Under the pieces are notes generated by a model. The model saw only the letters and a list, made by a program, of their open reading frames with translations. It made no database searches and was not told the origin of the DNA. Shown here one piece after another: positions 1-9,843 of a stretch of 64,000 nt of DNA (positions within the stretch are counted from its first letter, which is position 1; every line of letters starts with the position of its first letter). Both the position numbers and the translations under genes were made by a program. The DNA is from Acidiferrobacterales bacterium (GTDB taxonomy: Bacteria; Pseudomonadota; Gammaproteobacteria; Acidiferrobacterales; SZUA-150), in the NCBI GenBank assembly GCA_947258385.1, contig CAMYII010000085.1, positions 72,609-136,608 on the forward strand. Reading direction: 5' to 3'.

Positions 1-1
1 C

Positions 2-385
2 GGCGATCGCCTAGCCCGGGCGAAGAAGGCCCTCAAGCGCATCCGCAAGACTCCGGAGTTGGTGGTGGTCGCATTATGGGATGCCAAGGACATGGCGATC
101 GCCCATCTCGCCGCCAAGCGCTTCGGGCGGCCGGTGGCGCTGGTGAGTCTGGGCTCGCCTTACATGCTGCAAGAGTATCCGGGGGCGGCCGCGTTCCTGT
201 GCCTGTTCTCGCGCCGCATGCCGGCATATGAAGCGGCGGCGGACATCGTCGCCGGACTGCGCCCGCCCAGCGGACGGCTGCCGGTCTCGATTCCCGAGCT
301 CTACCCCTACGGGCATGCGCTGTCCTATGCGCGCGCACCGCGGCAGCCGGCAGAGGCGCGGCTAGCGGCGCGGAACGCCAAGTGA
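2..385 (+). CDS. glycoside hydrolase family 3-like protein, C-terminal fragment (5' end outside window)
   Basis: Frame is open from base 2 to the TGA at 383-385. The tail '...VSLGSPYML...GLRPPSGRLPVSIPELYPYGHALSY' resembles the GH3 C-terminal domain. Recognised from memory only. Confidence 0.55.
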   Translation, partial: GDRLARAKKALKRIRKTPELVVVALWDAKDMAIAHLAAKRFGRPVALVSLGSPYMLQEYPGAAAFLCLFSRRMPAYEAAADIVAGLRPPSGRLPVSIPELYPYGHALSYARAPRQPAEARLAARNAK

Positions 386-463
386 ACATGCCCTGTTTGT
401 TAGAGGCCGGGACACCCCGCACGTCCTAGGGCACGCAGGAAACAATGCTGCTTGCTAGGGAGA

Positions 464-540
464 TGGTGGCTATGGGTGGACTCGAACCACCGACACCGGC
501 ATTATGAGTGCCGTGCTCTAACCAGCTGAGCTACATAGCC
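464..540 (-). tRNA. tRNA-Met (anticodon CAU, elongator type)
   Basis: Reverse complement is GGCTATGTAGCTCAGCTGGTTAGAGCACGGCACTCATAATGCCGGTGTCGGTGGTTCGAGTCCACCCATAGCCACCA. It has a 7-bp acceptor stem GGCTATG/CATAGCC, a CTCATAA anticodon loop, a GTTCGAGTC T-arm and an encoded CCA. Very close to E. coli metT. Confidence 0.88.
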
Positions 541-885
541 GGAAGGACCGCGAAGATACAAGATACAAGGGCCAAGTTGCAAGGACAAAACGGGGTCTAC
601 GCGGTTTTTTCCGTATTCTTCCTGCAGGGAGTTACCTCGGCTTACGGTTTAGCAGGGCTTTTTTTATATTTAGCACCCAGTTCTGCCATACTCAGCAATC
701 GCCCGGATACCTCTCGTATTTAAGCAGTTTTGTACTTGTCACTCACCGGTACACCTCATTGTGACCGCCGATATCAGTCTTGGAAACCCAACTCATCGAT
801 CAGATCCTGCGCCGTGCCGCGGCTAAGCCGGCCCGCCCCCACATCCTCCGGCGCGGCCTGTTATCCGGGAATTTTACCTCTCACG

Positions 886-1977
886 CTAGACGTTAAACCG
901 GAAATGCACGACGTCGCCGTCGTGCATGACGTAGTCCTTGCCCTCTAACCGCAGCTTGCCGGCCTCGCGGGCGCCTTGCTCGCCGTCGAACTGGGTGAAA
1001 TCCTCATAGGCTGCGACCTCGGCGCGGATAAAGCCGCGTTCGAAATCGGTGTGGATCACGCCGGCGGCCTGCGGGGCCTGGGTACCCACGCGCACGGTCC
1101 AGGCACGGACCTCCTTGGGCCCGGCGGTGAAAAAGGTCTGCAGGCCCAAGAGCCGGTAGCCGGCGCGGATCACGCGGTTCAACCCGGGCTCCTCAAGGCC
1201 CATTTCGGCCAGGAATTCCCTTTGTTCCTCATCGTTCATGTCCACCAGCTCGGCCTCGATGGCGGCGCAGATCGCCACCACCTCGGCGCCCTCGTCCCGG
1301 GCGTGCTCACGGACCCGGTCCAGTAAGGGATTGTCGCGGAAGCCCTGTTCGTCGACATTGGCGATATACATGACCGGTTTGGCGGTCAGCAGGCACAGCG
1401 GCTTCAACAGCGCCCGGGCCTCGGCGCCGAGCTCGAGCGCGCGCACCGGCCGGCCCTGATCGAGCTGCACGTGCACGCTCGCCAGCAACTCACGCAGCCG
1501 GACCTGTTCCTTGTCCCCCGCCTTGGACGCCTTCTGCGCGCGCTCGTGGGCGCGGTCCACGGTCTCCAGATCGGCCAGCGCCAGCTCGGTGTTGATTACC
1601 TCGATGTCCTGCAGCGGATCGATGCGGCCGGTCACGTGTGTCACGTTCTCGTCCTCGAAGCAGCGCACGACGTGGGCAATGGCGTCGACCTCGCGGATGT
1701 GGGCCAGAAACTGGTTGCCCAGGCCCTCGCCCTTGGAGGCGCCGGCCACCAACCCGGCGATGTCCACGAACTCGATGGTGGTCGGGATGACCTGCTTGGG
1801 CTTGACGATCTCCCCCAGGCGCTGCAGCCGCGGGTCCGGCACCTCGACGATACCGACGTTGGGGTCGATGGTGCAGAAGGGGTAGTTCTCCGCCTGGATA
1901 CCGGCCTTGGTCAGCGCATTGAAGAGCGTGGATTTGCCTACATTGGGCAGACCGACGATACCGCATTTGAATCCCAT
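886..1977 (-). CDS. ychF: ribosome-binding ATPase YchF
   Basis: 363 aa. N-terminus [23 protein letters not shown] (P-loop) and C-terminal TGS-like region ...[11 protein letters not shown]. Sits in the classic pth-ychF position. Confidence 0.95.
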   Translation of the reverse strand: MGFKCGIVGLPNVGKSTLFNALTKAGIQAENYPFCTIDPNVGIVEVPDPRLQRLGEIVKPKQVIPTTIEFVDIAGLVAGASKGEGLGNQFLAHIREVDAIAHVVRCFEDENVTHVTGRIDPLQDIEVINTELALADLETVDRAHERAQKASKAGDKEQVRLRELLASVHVQLDQGRPVRALELGAEARALLKPLCLLTAKPVMYIANVDEQGFRDNPLLDRVREHARDEGAEVVAICAAIEAELVDMNDEEQREFLAEMGLEEPGLNRVIRAGYRLLGLQTFFTAGPKEVRAWTVRVGTQAPQAAGVIHTDFERGFIRAEVAAYEDFTQFDGEQGAREAGKLRLEGKDYVMHDGDVVHFRFNV

Positions 1978-1993
1978 CTAAAGTAACTCTCTC

Positions 1994-2587
1994 TCAGGCG
2001 TGATGCACCGTATGGGTGTGCAGCTCGTTCATCACCCGCTCGAATTCGCCGTGAACGATATCGCCGATGTGCGCCACCGCGATGTCAATGGCCGCGTCGA
2101 TCAGGCTCTGTTCGGCGGCCGGCGCCTTCTTGAGCACATAGGGGGTCACCTGCGCGCTCGAACCGGGATGCCCGATGCCGATGCGCAGGCGCACAAACTC
2201 GTTCGTGCCGAGATGCGGAATCACATCGCGCAGGCCATTGTGCCCACCGTGGCCGCCGCCGAGCTTGAGCCGCACGGTGCCGGGCGGCAGGTCGAGGTCG
2301 TCGTGCGCCACCAGGATCTCCGCGGGCGGGATCTTGTAGAAGCGGGCGAACTTGCCGACCGCCTCGCCGCTGTGGTTCATGAACGTGGTGGGCGCGAGCA
2401 GCCACACCTCGCGCCCGGCGAGCGCGATCCTGCCGACGCCGCCGGCGAAGCGGCTTTCCTGTTTCAGGCCGCCGCCGCTCTGGCGCAGCACGGCGTCAAG
2501 AAAACGGAACCCGGCGTTGTGCCGGGTGTCCGCATAGCTCGGGCCGGGGTTGCCCAGGCCGACGATGAGGGAGATGCCGTGCGCCAC
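1994..2587 (-). CDS. pth: peptidyl-tRNA hydrolase
   Basis: 197 aa. LIVGLGNPGPSYADTRHNAGF signature, GHNGLRD motif, synteny rplY-pth-ychF. Confidence 0.95.
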   Translation of the reverse strand: MAHGISLIVGLGNPGPSYADTRHNAGFRFLDAVLRQSGGGLKQESRFAGGVGRIALAGREVWLLAPTTFMNHSGEAVGKFARFYKIPPAEILVAHDDLDLPPGTVRLKLGGGHGGHNGLRDVIPHLGTNEFVRLRIGIGHPGSSAQVTPYVLKKAPAAEQSLIDAAIDIAVAHIGDIVHGEFERVMNELHTHTVHHA

Positions 2588-2623
2588 AGCGGCGTTTCCA
2601 TCGATGGCGGAAGAGGAAAGGGC

Positions 2624-3319
2624 CTACTCGCCCTCCTTCTTCTCCTGCTCTTCCTCTTCCTCTTCTGCCGCTTCGGCGGGCAGCGCGGCGGCCACGCCCT
2701 CCTCTTCGGCCGCAGCCAGCTCTTCTTCCTCCTCGACCACAACCTTCGCCATCGTGATGGTCGCAACCGCCAGGTCATCGCCGCCGTGCGCCAGGCTGGT
2801 CAGCTCCACGCCCTCGGGCAGCACCAGATCGGACAGGTGCACCGAGTCGCCAAGATCCAGCTCGGAGATATCGGCCGTCAAGTATTCGGGCAAATCGGCC
2901 GGCAGACAGGTCACGTCCACCTCGGTCAACAGGTGCGCCACGATACCGCTCTGCAGCTTGACACCCGGTGCGACGTCCTCGCCGACGAAGTGGATCGGGA
3001 CCTCCATATGGATCTTCTCGGTGGCGCTGATGCGCTGCAGATCCATGTGCATGATCAGCGGCTTGTGGGGATGCATGTGTACATCGCGGAGAATGGCCTG
3101 ATCGTTGCGGCCGTCGCACTTGACGTCCAGGACCGAGGTATGGAAGGCCTCCTGTTCCAGCAGGTGATAGACGGTACTGTGATCGAAGGCGACCATCTCC
3201 GGGTCCTTGCTGCCCCCGTAGATGATGCCCGGAATCTTGCCGGCGTGACGCAGGCGGCGGCTCGCTCCGGTACCCTTGCCCTCACGCTTCTCGGCGTTGA
3301 TCTCAAATTTTGCAGCCAT
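2624..3319 (-). CDS. rplY: 50S ribosomal protein L25 / general stress protein Ctc
   Basis: Contains FEINAEKREGKGTGASRRLRHAGKIPGIIYGG and an acidic Glu-rich tail. I place the start at the ATG at 3319, preceded by GGAGA. The track start at 3334 is a TTG. Confidence 0.9.
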   Translation of the reverse strand: MAAKFEINAEKREGKGTGASRRLRHAGKIPGIIYGGSKDPEMVAFDHSTVYHLLEQEAFHTSVLDVKCDGRNDQAILRDVHMHPHKPLIMHMDLQRISATEKIHMEVPIHFVGEDVAPGVKLQSGIVAHLLTEVDVTCLPADLPEYLTADISELDLGDSVHLSDLVLPEGVELTSLAHGGDDLAVATITMAKVVVEEEEELAAAEEEGVAAALPAEAAEEEEEEQEKKEGE

Positions 3320-3500
3320 TACAGTTTTCTCCAAAAGTTACGGATCATCCCGACCCCATCCCCCCCCCTAAAAGGCGGGGTGAACCCGAGCTGACCCTAT
3401 TTGACTTGCCTCCCCCGCGACCAGGTTCGGCATCTCGAAAGCATCAAGTAACAAGTAGAAAGTTTTTTTACTACTTGCCACTTGCTACTTGCTACTGCCG

Positions 3501-4436
3501 TTAATCCATAAACAACGAGCTGACCGAATCCTCCAGCGCCACCCTGCGCATGGCCTCGGCCAGCAGTTCAGCAATGCTGAGCCGGCGGATCTTGGTGCAG
3601 GCGGTGGCCTCCTCCGATAATGGAATGGTGTCGGTGACCACCAGCTCGTCGAGCTCGGAACCGGCAATCCGCTTGACCGCGCGGCCCGAGAGCACCGGGT
3701 GCGTACAATAGGCCAGCACCAGCTTGGCGCCGTGTTCCTTCAGCGCGGCGGCCGCCTCGCAAAGCGTGTTGGCGGTGTCGACCAGGTCGTCCATCAGCAC
3801 GCACGTCCGTCCCTCGACCTCACCGATGATGTGCATGACCTTGGCCTCGTTGGCGCGCGGGCGACGCTTGTCAATGATGGCGAGATCCGCCTCCAGGTGC
3901 TTGGCCAGGCCGCGCGCGCGCACCACCCCGCCCACATCGGGCGAGACCACCAGTAGGTCTGGGTATTCGTGCTTCCAGATGTCACCCAGCAGCACCGGGC
4001 CGGCATAAATGTTGTCCGTCGGGATACTGAAAAACCCCTGGATCTGGTCGGCGTGCAGATCCATGGTCAGCACGCGATCGGCGCCGGCGATGGTCACCAT
4101 GTCGGCCACCAGCTTGGCGGTGATCGCCACCCGGGCCGTGCGCGGCCGCCGGTCCTGGCGCGCATAGCCGAAATACGGTATCACCGCCGTGATACGCTGC
4201 GCCGAGGAGCGCTTGATGGCATCCAGCATCACCACTAGCTCCATCAGATTGTCGTTACTGGGTGCGCAGGTGGACTGCAACACAAAGACGTCCCTGCCGC
4301 GGACGTGCTCGGTGATCTCGACCATGACTTCACCGTCGCTGAAGCGACCGACAAGGGCCTTGCCCAGCGGCAGGCCCAGATAACGCACGACGCTCTCCGC
4401 CAACGGCCGATTGGCGTTGCCGGTGAATACCATCAT
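3501..4436 (-). CDS. prs: ribose-phosphate pyrophosphokinase
   Basis: [14 protein letters not shown]...GRFSDGEV...[20 protein letters not shown]...[12 protein letters not shown] aligns with E. coli PrsA. The ORF-track N-terminal extension to 4586 overlaps tRNA-Gln, so it was trimmed to the ATG at 4436. Confidence 0.92.
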   Translation of the reverse strand: MMVFTGNANRPLAESVVRYLGLPLGKALVGRFSDGEVMVEITEHVRGRDVFVLQSTCAPSNDNLMELVVMLDAIKRSSAQRITAVIPYFGYARQDRRPRTARVAITAKLVADMVTIAGADRVLTMDLHADQIQGFFSIPTDNIYAGPVLLGDIWKHEYPDLLVVSPDVGGVVRARGLAKHLEADLAIIDKRRPRANEAKVMHIIGEVEGRTCVLMDDLVDTANTLCEAAAALKEHGAKLVLAYCTHPVLSGRAVKRIAGSELDELVVTDTIPLSEEATACTKIRRLSIAELLAEAMRRVALEDSVSSLFMD

Positions 4437-4510
4437 ATTGTCGTTGTCGAGTGACACGTTACCGTCTTCCCGCGATCGGCGGACCCCCGCCCGATTACCC
4501 GATTCAGATT

Positions 4511-4585
4511 TGGCTGGGGTGCCAGGATTCGAACCTGGGAATGCCGGAATCAAAATCCGGTGCCTTACCGCTTGGCTACACCCCA
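4511..4585 (-). tRNA. tRNA-Gln (anticodon UUG)
   Basis: Reverse complement is TGGGGTGTAGCCAAGCGGTAAGGCACCGGATTTTGATTCCGGCATTCCCAGGTTCGAATCCTGGCACCCCAGCCA. Acceptor stem TGGGGTG/CACCCCA, anticodon loop TTTTGAT, encoded CCA. Near-identical in layout to E. coli glnU. Confidence 0.9.
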
Positions 4586-4591
4586 TTCAAG

Positions 4592-5434
4592 TCAAGCTTT
4601 CCCTTCCAGTATCCTATTAATAGGATGCGTGTTCATCCCGCGGGCGACGATGCCCGTGAACGCCGGCGGACACCGCGCGAGGATACCCTCGCCCGCCTGC
4701 CGATCGGCGACCGGCAGAAACACACAGGCGCCGGAACCGCTCATGCGCGCCGGACCGTGCCCGGACAACCACTCGAGCGCCCGGTCCACCGCCGGATGCA
4801 GCCGCCGCACCACCGCCTCCAGGTCGTTGCCGCTGGCCCGCCCGGCGTGAAAATCGCGTATTGTGAGCGGACGACTATGGCGTGTCAAATTGGGATGCGC
4901 GAAGACTTCCGCGGTGGAAACACTCGGGCCGGGGTCGAGCACCAGATACCAGTCTTCCGGCGGCGCCACGGGCGTCAGACACTCACCCACGCCTTCGGCC
5001 CAGGCGGCCTGCCCCCACACAAACACCGGCACATCCGCCCCGAGCTCGAGCCCCAGGGCCGCCAGGTCCGCGCGTGGGAACCCGAGGTCCCAGAGGTGAT
5101 TGAGGACGAGCAGCGTCGTGGCCGCGTCCGAGCTGCCGCCGCCCAGGCCGCCCCCTTGGGGAATGCGTTTGTTCAGGTGAATTGCAGCGCCTTGCCGGCA
5201 GGCGCTCTCAGCCTGCAACAGCCGCGCCGCGCGCACGCATAGATCCTGTTCCTCGGCAACGCCGGCGAGCGGCGTCGTGCGGCGGATATTGCCGTCGGCC
5301 GTGACTTCGATCCGCAACTCGTCGGCCAGGCCCAGAAACTGAAACACCGTTTGCAGCGTGTGGTAGCCGTCCGGGCGGCGCCCGGTGACATGGAGGAAAA
5401 GATTGAGCTTTGCCGGCGCCGGCCAGATCTGCAT
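4592..5434 (-). CDS. ispE: 4-diphosphocytidyl-2-C-methyl-D-erythritol kinase
   Basis: 280 aa. WPAPAKLNLFLHVTGRRPDGYHTLQTVFQF and the GHMP kinase motif IPQGGGLGGGSSDAA. Synteny lolB-ispE-prs. Confidence 0.93.
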   Translation of the reverse strand: MQIWPAPAKLNLFLHVTGRRPDGYHTLQTVFQFLGLADELRIEVTADGNIRRTTPLAGVAEEQDLCVRAARLLQAESACRQGAAIHLNKRIPQGGGLGGGSSDAATTLLVLNHLWDLGFPRADLAALGLELGADVPVFVWGQAAWAEGVGECLTPVAPPEDWYLVLDPGPSVSTAEVFAHPNLTRHSRPLTIRDFHAGRASGNDLEAVVRRLHPAVDRALEWLSGHGPARMSGSGACVFLPVADRQAGEGILARCPPAFTGIVARGMNTHPINRILEGKA

Positions 5435-5437
5435 TGA

Positions 5438-6160
5438 CTAGGGCACGCTGACGGTCCACTGGGCGATCGCCAGCCGCACCTCCAGCGTCTGCGTGCTGTC
5501 CGCGGCGCCGGCCGGATCGCGCTGAATGAACACCTTGCTCGGCAGGTCGTAGTTCCCATGACGGCCGTAGGCCAGAAAGCGGACTTCCCAGCCGCCCTGT
5601 TGCAGCGTTTTCAGGCGTCCGCCGTCATCCAGCTCCCAGCGGTTTGGGCTGTCCGGAGCGGGCAGGCCGAGCACCCAGTAGTTGAGGTCATCGAGCGGCA
5701 GGTCCCAACCGGTGGTCTCATAGAGCAGCTGGCGCGCGGTACTGGCGTAATAGGTTTGTTGCTCGTTATCGCGCAGTCGCGCGCCGCTGGCGTCCTGATT
5801 CAGGCGCACGTGCCCCTTGCCCAGGGGTCCGCTCAGATCGATCACATGGCGGTCCTGCTGCCGCTGCCAGCGCAGCGAGGCATGCCAGCCGTCATCGTCG
5901 GCGCGCATGGCCAATCGGCCCTTGAGCTCCCAGGTATCCAGATCCTGCAGGCGGCTTTGCCGCGCCTGCCAGTCGCGATCAATCTGCTCGGCGCTCGGCG
6001 GCGGGGCAAACATCGTGGCGCAGCCTGTCAGCCACAACAGCGAGCTGATCACCCAGAGGCGGGAGACTGCCGGCGCCACGCATCGGCCCTGGAGGGCTTG
6101 TCCGCGGCGCCGGCCCTCGCGCGCCGGCCACCAACGGGCATACCGCGACTGCTGTTTCAC
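5438..6160 (-). CDS. lolB: outer-membrane lipoprotein LolB
   Basis: Lipobox LWLTGC followed by WELKGRLAMRADDDGWHASLRWQRQ, typical of LolB. The GTG at 6160 overlaps the upstream stop (GTGA). A shorter start at GTG 6079 is possible. Confidence 0.8.
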   Translation of the reverse strand: MKQQSRYARWWPAREGRRRGQALQGRCVAPAVSRLWVISSLLWLTGCATMFAPPPSAEQIDRDWQARQSRLQDLDTWELKGRLAMRADDDGWHASLRWQRQQDRHVIDLSGPLGKGHVRLNQDASGARLRDNEQQTYYASTARQLLYETTGWDLPLDDLNYWVLGLPAPDSPNRWELDDGGRLKTLQQGGWEVRFLAYGRHGNYDLPSKVFIQRDPAGAADSTQTLEVRLAIAQWTVSVP

Positions 6161-7884
6161 TGGCCGAACTTTTTGATGATGCTCAGCAACGACTCGTTAT
6201 CCGGGGTGTGCTTCAACGCCCGGCGCCAGACCGTCCGCGCCTGCGTCCGGTCGCCGGCTATCCACAGAACCTCCCCGAGGTGCGCCGAGATCTCGGCATC
6301 ATCGCGCAGCGCCAGCGCCTGCTCCAGATAACGAATGGCCTCATCGTAGTTGCCAAGTCGATACTGCAGCCACCCCATGCTGTCCAGCACAAACGGATCG
6401 TTGGGTTTTTGTTCCAGTGCCTCGGTGAGCAGCGCCAGCGCCTCCTCGTAGCGGTCGGTGCGGTCGGCGAGCGTGTAGCCCAGGGCGTTGAGCGCATTGA
6501 CGTTCTTCGGGTCCCGCTTAAGAACCGCGCGCAGATCCCGTTCCACCACATCGAGCTTGTCCAGCTTCTCCGCCACCAGCGCGCGCGCATAGAGCAGATC
6601 GTGTTGAGCGGGCATGGAGGCGAGCGCCCGAGTCAAGACGTCAAAGGCCTCGCCGTATTGTTTGGCCTCGCGCAGGATCTGCTCCTCGGTCAGGACCGCC
6701 TGCACGCGCTCACGCTCTGTGCGGGTCCTGATGCCGTGCAGACGCTTGCGCGCGGCGGCGACATCGCCGCGCAACGCGATGATCACCGCAAGGCGCGTCT
6801 GGGCCTCAAAATCGTAGTTCTCGTCGTTTATTTCGCGGTACCAGCGCTCGGCCTCGTCGTATTGCCTGCGCTGTTCGGCCACCTGCCCGAGATACAGCCT
6901 TGCCTGGTCGTTGTCCGGCTGTAACTCCAGATTGCGCTTGAGATAGGTCTCGGCCTCATCAAGGCGATTGACCTGCAGCGCCAGCAGCCCCACCGCCATC
7001 ACTGCGTCGGCATCGTTGGGGGCGTCCTTGACGACCCGCTTGAACTGCTTGCGCGCCTTCTCCCACTGCTTCAGGTCCACCAGGAACCGGGCGTAGTTCA
7101 ATCGCACGCGCGTGGCGTCCGGGTTGCGACGCACGAAGTCCTGGGAAAAGCCCTCAGCCGCCGCATTGTCCTTGCGCGAAATCAGGATCCGCACCTTGAA
7201 CAGCGCCGCATCCTCCCAGTCCGGTCTCAGGGCCAGCGCCTGGTCGATGGCCGCGCGCGCCTGCACCGGATCATCGGCGCGGACGGCGAGATGGGCCAGC
7301 GCGAAATGGGCATGGGGTTCGTTGGGATACAAACGCACCAGGGACTCCATCAGCTCAAAGGCGGTGGCGCGATTGCCCTGTTGCCCGAGGATGCTGGCGA
7401 TACGTAGGAAGGTGTGCTCCAGCTTGTCCTCAGCCGCGGCGAGCGCTAATACCTTCTCGAAGTGCAGCTGCGCCTCGACCGGACGGTTGAGCCCGAGCAG
7501 GGTGGTGGCCAAGGCGCTTCTGGCCTCGATGTCCTCGGGTTGCAACTCGACCCAAAGCTCGGTGTTGGCCAGGGCGGCTTCATAGTCCTTGATGTAAAGC
7601 GCGGCGCGCGCGGCCCTTTCAGCCAGACGCGGGTCACGCGTTTTCCTCGCCGCGCGCGCGAGCACGTCGACCGACACGCCGATCCGTCCGCGCTTGCCGG
7701 CAATCTCGCCCAGGAGCACATCGTAGAGTACATCCTGCTCAAGCTCGACGCTCGGCAGGGCCTCTTCGATTGCGGTCTGGAGCTGTGGTGGTGGGCTCTC
7801 GGTGCGCACAGCCGGCGCACCGGCGCAGGCGGTCAACAGCAACACCATCAACAATACAGGTAAGTAAACAATCTTTTCTTTCAT
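6157..7884 (-). CDS. TPR-repeat lipoprotein (conserved neighbour of lolB)
   Basis: Signal peptide and lipobox MKEKIVYLPVLLMVLLLTAC from the ATG at 7884, then many TPR-like A/L/Y-rich repeats. Same position as the TPR gene upstream of lolB in Pseudomonas-type genomes. Confidence 0.8.
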   Translation of the reverse strand: MKEKIVYLPVLLMVLLLTACAGAPAVRTESPPPQLQTAIEEALPSVELEQDVLYDVLLGEIAGKRGRIGVSVDVLARAARKTRDPRLAERAARAALYIKDYEAALANTELWVELQPEDIEARSALATTLLGLNRPVEAQLHFEKVLALAAAEDKLEHTFLRIASILGQQGNRATAFELMESLVRLYPNEPHAHFALAHLAVRADDPVQARAAIDQALALRPDWEDAALFKVRILISRKDNAAAEGFSQDFVRRNPDATRVRLNYARFLVDLKQWEKARKQFKRVVKDAPNDADAVMAVGLLALQVNRLDEAETYLKRNLELQPDNDQARLYLGQVAEQRRQYDEAERWYREINDENYDFEAQTRLAVIIALRGDVAAARKRLHGIRTRTERERVQAVLTEEQILREAKQYGEAFDVLTRALASMPAQHDLLYARALVAEKLDKLDVVERDLRAVLKRDPKNVNALNALGYTLADRTDRYEEALALLTEALEQKPNDPFVLDSMGWLQYRLGNYDEAIRYLEQALALRDDAEISAHLGEVLWIAGDRTQARTVWRRALKHTPDNESLLSIIKKFGQ

Positions 7885-8080
7885 CGGCGTTCTCGCGTAC
7901 CGCGCCCTCACCCTGCGCGAAATCTCATCAAATCGTCCTGTTGTCCGTTGTCCATCACGGCCCCTTCCCGGCCATTATGCCCCAAAGCGCACGGCTGCAT
8001 CCATCCGGCGGCTCGCCACGCCATCACCCGGCTTGTTGTTATACTCTACGCGTGACCAGCCTCCACGGCGGCAAACGACA

Positions 8081-9787
8081 ATGAATGTACTCTTTTTGCT
8101 GATAACAGCGTTGTTCGCATTGATCTTCGGATACCGATTCTACGCCAAGCTGGTGGCGCTGTGGGTATTCCGCCTAAACTTTAGAGATTATAGTACAACC
8201 ATAGACACGGCAGGGGCGCGCCAGTTCACCCCCTGCCACCCCCATGTGCTGTTCGGCCATCACGTGGCCGCCATTGGCGCGGCCGGCACCCTCACCGGGA
8301 CGACGATCGCGCTGGTCTGGGGCTGGATTCCCGCGTTTTTGTGGCTGGTGGTCGCAACTGTCCTGGCCGCCGGCACCTACGGCTTGGGGGGCCTGTGGTT
8401 GTCCGCGCGCTACGCGTTGCACAGCGTCCCCGAAATCGCCGGCCGTCTGCTGGGCCCTCGCGCGCGCGGCCTGTATTTCGCGTGCACGCTCGCACTGCTG
8501 CTCCTGCTGAGCGCGGCGCTGTTGTGGCTGGGCGCGCGCCTGCTCATGACCTACCCGGGCAGCGTGCTGCCGTTCTGGCTGCAAATTCCCATCGCCCTGG
8601 TCATTGGAGGCGCGCTGCAAAAGGCCAATGACCGCTCGCTGTGGGTGGTCTCGCTGGCCGCCTTCGTCGCCGGCGTGATCGTGATCTGGCTGGCCGGCGA
8701 GATTCCGGTCGCATTCACCGGCGCACTCAATTTGGATGTCTTCGGCCAATCCTCGCTCACGCTGGACGCCGAAGTGCTGTGGATGGTGTTGTTGCTCGTC
8801 GCCGCGCTCTACGCGGCCCGTCTGCCGGTGTCGAAATGGATGCGTCCACGCGGTTATCTCATCGCCCTGCAGGCCGGGGCCATGCTGCTGGTGCTGCTCG
8901 CCGGTATCGTGATCGCCCATCCGCCCATTACCGCGCCAGAGTTCCATACCGCCGACGGCGCCCCGGGCCCGCTGCCGTGGCTGTTTATTACGCTCACCAG
9001 CGGGGCCCTCGCCGGCTTCCATCTGCTCATCGCCAACGGCATCACCGCGCGGCAGATGGCTGACCAGACCAATCTGCGTCGCATCGGCTACGGCGGTGCC
9101 CTGGTTGACGGGCTGTTCGCGCTGAGCGCCGTGATCGTCGTCAGCGCGGGTTTCAAGGACCTAGCCCAGTGGCAGGCGTTTTACGCCTCCTGGAACGACC
9201 TCTCCGACCTGCGCCAATTGCCGGCGCTGTACATCGGGGGCGCCGTGACCTTCGCCGGGTCGCTGGGGATCGGTGAGGGTTTTGCCCGCAACTTCGCCGC
9301 CGTCACGGTGCTCGGCCTGTTGGTGGCGACCCTGGAGGCGGGTCTGCGGATCGTCAAACGCAACCTCGTCGAGCTCGGCCAGTATTATGGGATCACAGCG
9401 CTCGCCCAGGCACCCGCCGGCACCGGCCTCACGATCGGCACCGTGTTGCTGGCCGCCTTGTGGCTGGCCCACAGCGCCGGCAACGGCGCTTCGGCATGGT
9501 GGCCGCTGCTCGGCCTGGGCAATCAGGTCTTTGCCTGCCTTGGCCTGCTGCTGTTCGCATTCGCCCTGCGCCAGGGCCGGCGGCCGCAGGCACTGGTGCT
9601 CGCACCGCTGCTAGGTCTGGTCGCGATCACGCTCTGGGCGGGCTGGGAGCTGCTGATCCTGGGCTGGCGCAACGGCGAGGGGGGCGTCTTCGTCGCCACG
9701 CTGGGGTTAATGACCCTTGAAATCACAATATTACTAAAAGCTTTAATTGCCTTAAAAAAAGCACCGCTGCCCGCGCCAAAAACTTGA
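8081..9787 (+). CDS. carbon starvation CstA-family membrane protein (short form)
   Basis: ATG at 8081. MNVLFLLITALFALIFGYRFYAKL and VLFGHHVAAIGAAG match the CstA N-terminal signatures. Polytopic and hydrophobic throughout. Confidence 0.72.
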   Translation: MNVLFLLITALFALIFGYRFYAKLVALWVFRLNFRDYSTTIDTAGARQFTPCHPHVLFGHHVAAIGAAGTLTGTTIALVWGWIPAFLWLVVATVLAAGTYGLGGLWLSARYALHSVPEIAGRLLGPRARGLYFACTLALLLLLSAALLWLGARLLMTYPGSVLPFWLQIPIALVIGGALQKANDRSLWVVSLAAFVAGVIVIWLAGEIPVAFTGALNLDVFGQSSLTLDAEVLWMVLLLVAALYAARLPVSKWMRPRGYLIALQAGAMLLVLLAGIVIAHPPITAPEFHTADGAPGPLPWLFITLTSGALAGFHLLIANGITARQMADQTNLRRIGYGGALVDGLFALSAVIVVSAGFKDLAQWQAFYASWNDLSDLRQLPALYIGGAVTFAGSLGIGEGFARNFAAVTVLGLLVATLEAGLRIVKRNLVELGQYYGITALAQAPAGTGLTIGTVLLAALWLAHSAGNGASAWWPLLGLGNQVFACLGLLLFAFALRQGRRPQALVLAPLLGLVAITLWAGWELLILGWRNGEGGVFVATLGLMTLEITILLKALIALKKAPLPAPKT

Positions 9788-9843
9788 CTCCTGGCCCTTA
9801 TGGGTCAAAATCCTCCTTCGATTTGTTGTAAAATTAACATTAT

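Noticed and set aside
2000-3394. 464-aa plus-strand ORF overlapping pth and rplY. Similar long ORFs occur at 17147-18460 (+), 38467-39813 (+), 44043-45260 (+), 45261-46709 (+), 46859-48022 (+), 20854-21426 (+), 26592-27392 (-) and 59987-60700 (+).
   Set aside because: Each lies antisense to a gene with unmistakable conserved motifs (pth/rplY, hslU, phoQ-like, glcE, glcD, spermidine-synthase-like, msrQ, sthA, CMD-Rieske). Their translations are Arg/Gly/Ala/His/Pro-rich low-complexity sequence. These are typical GC-rich shadow ORFs.
4437-4586. N-terminal 50-codon extension of prs given by the ORF track.
   Set aside because: It overlaps the tRNA-Gln gene (4511-4585) on the same strand. E. coli PrsA aligns from the MMVFTG... 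methionine at 4436.
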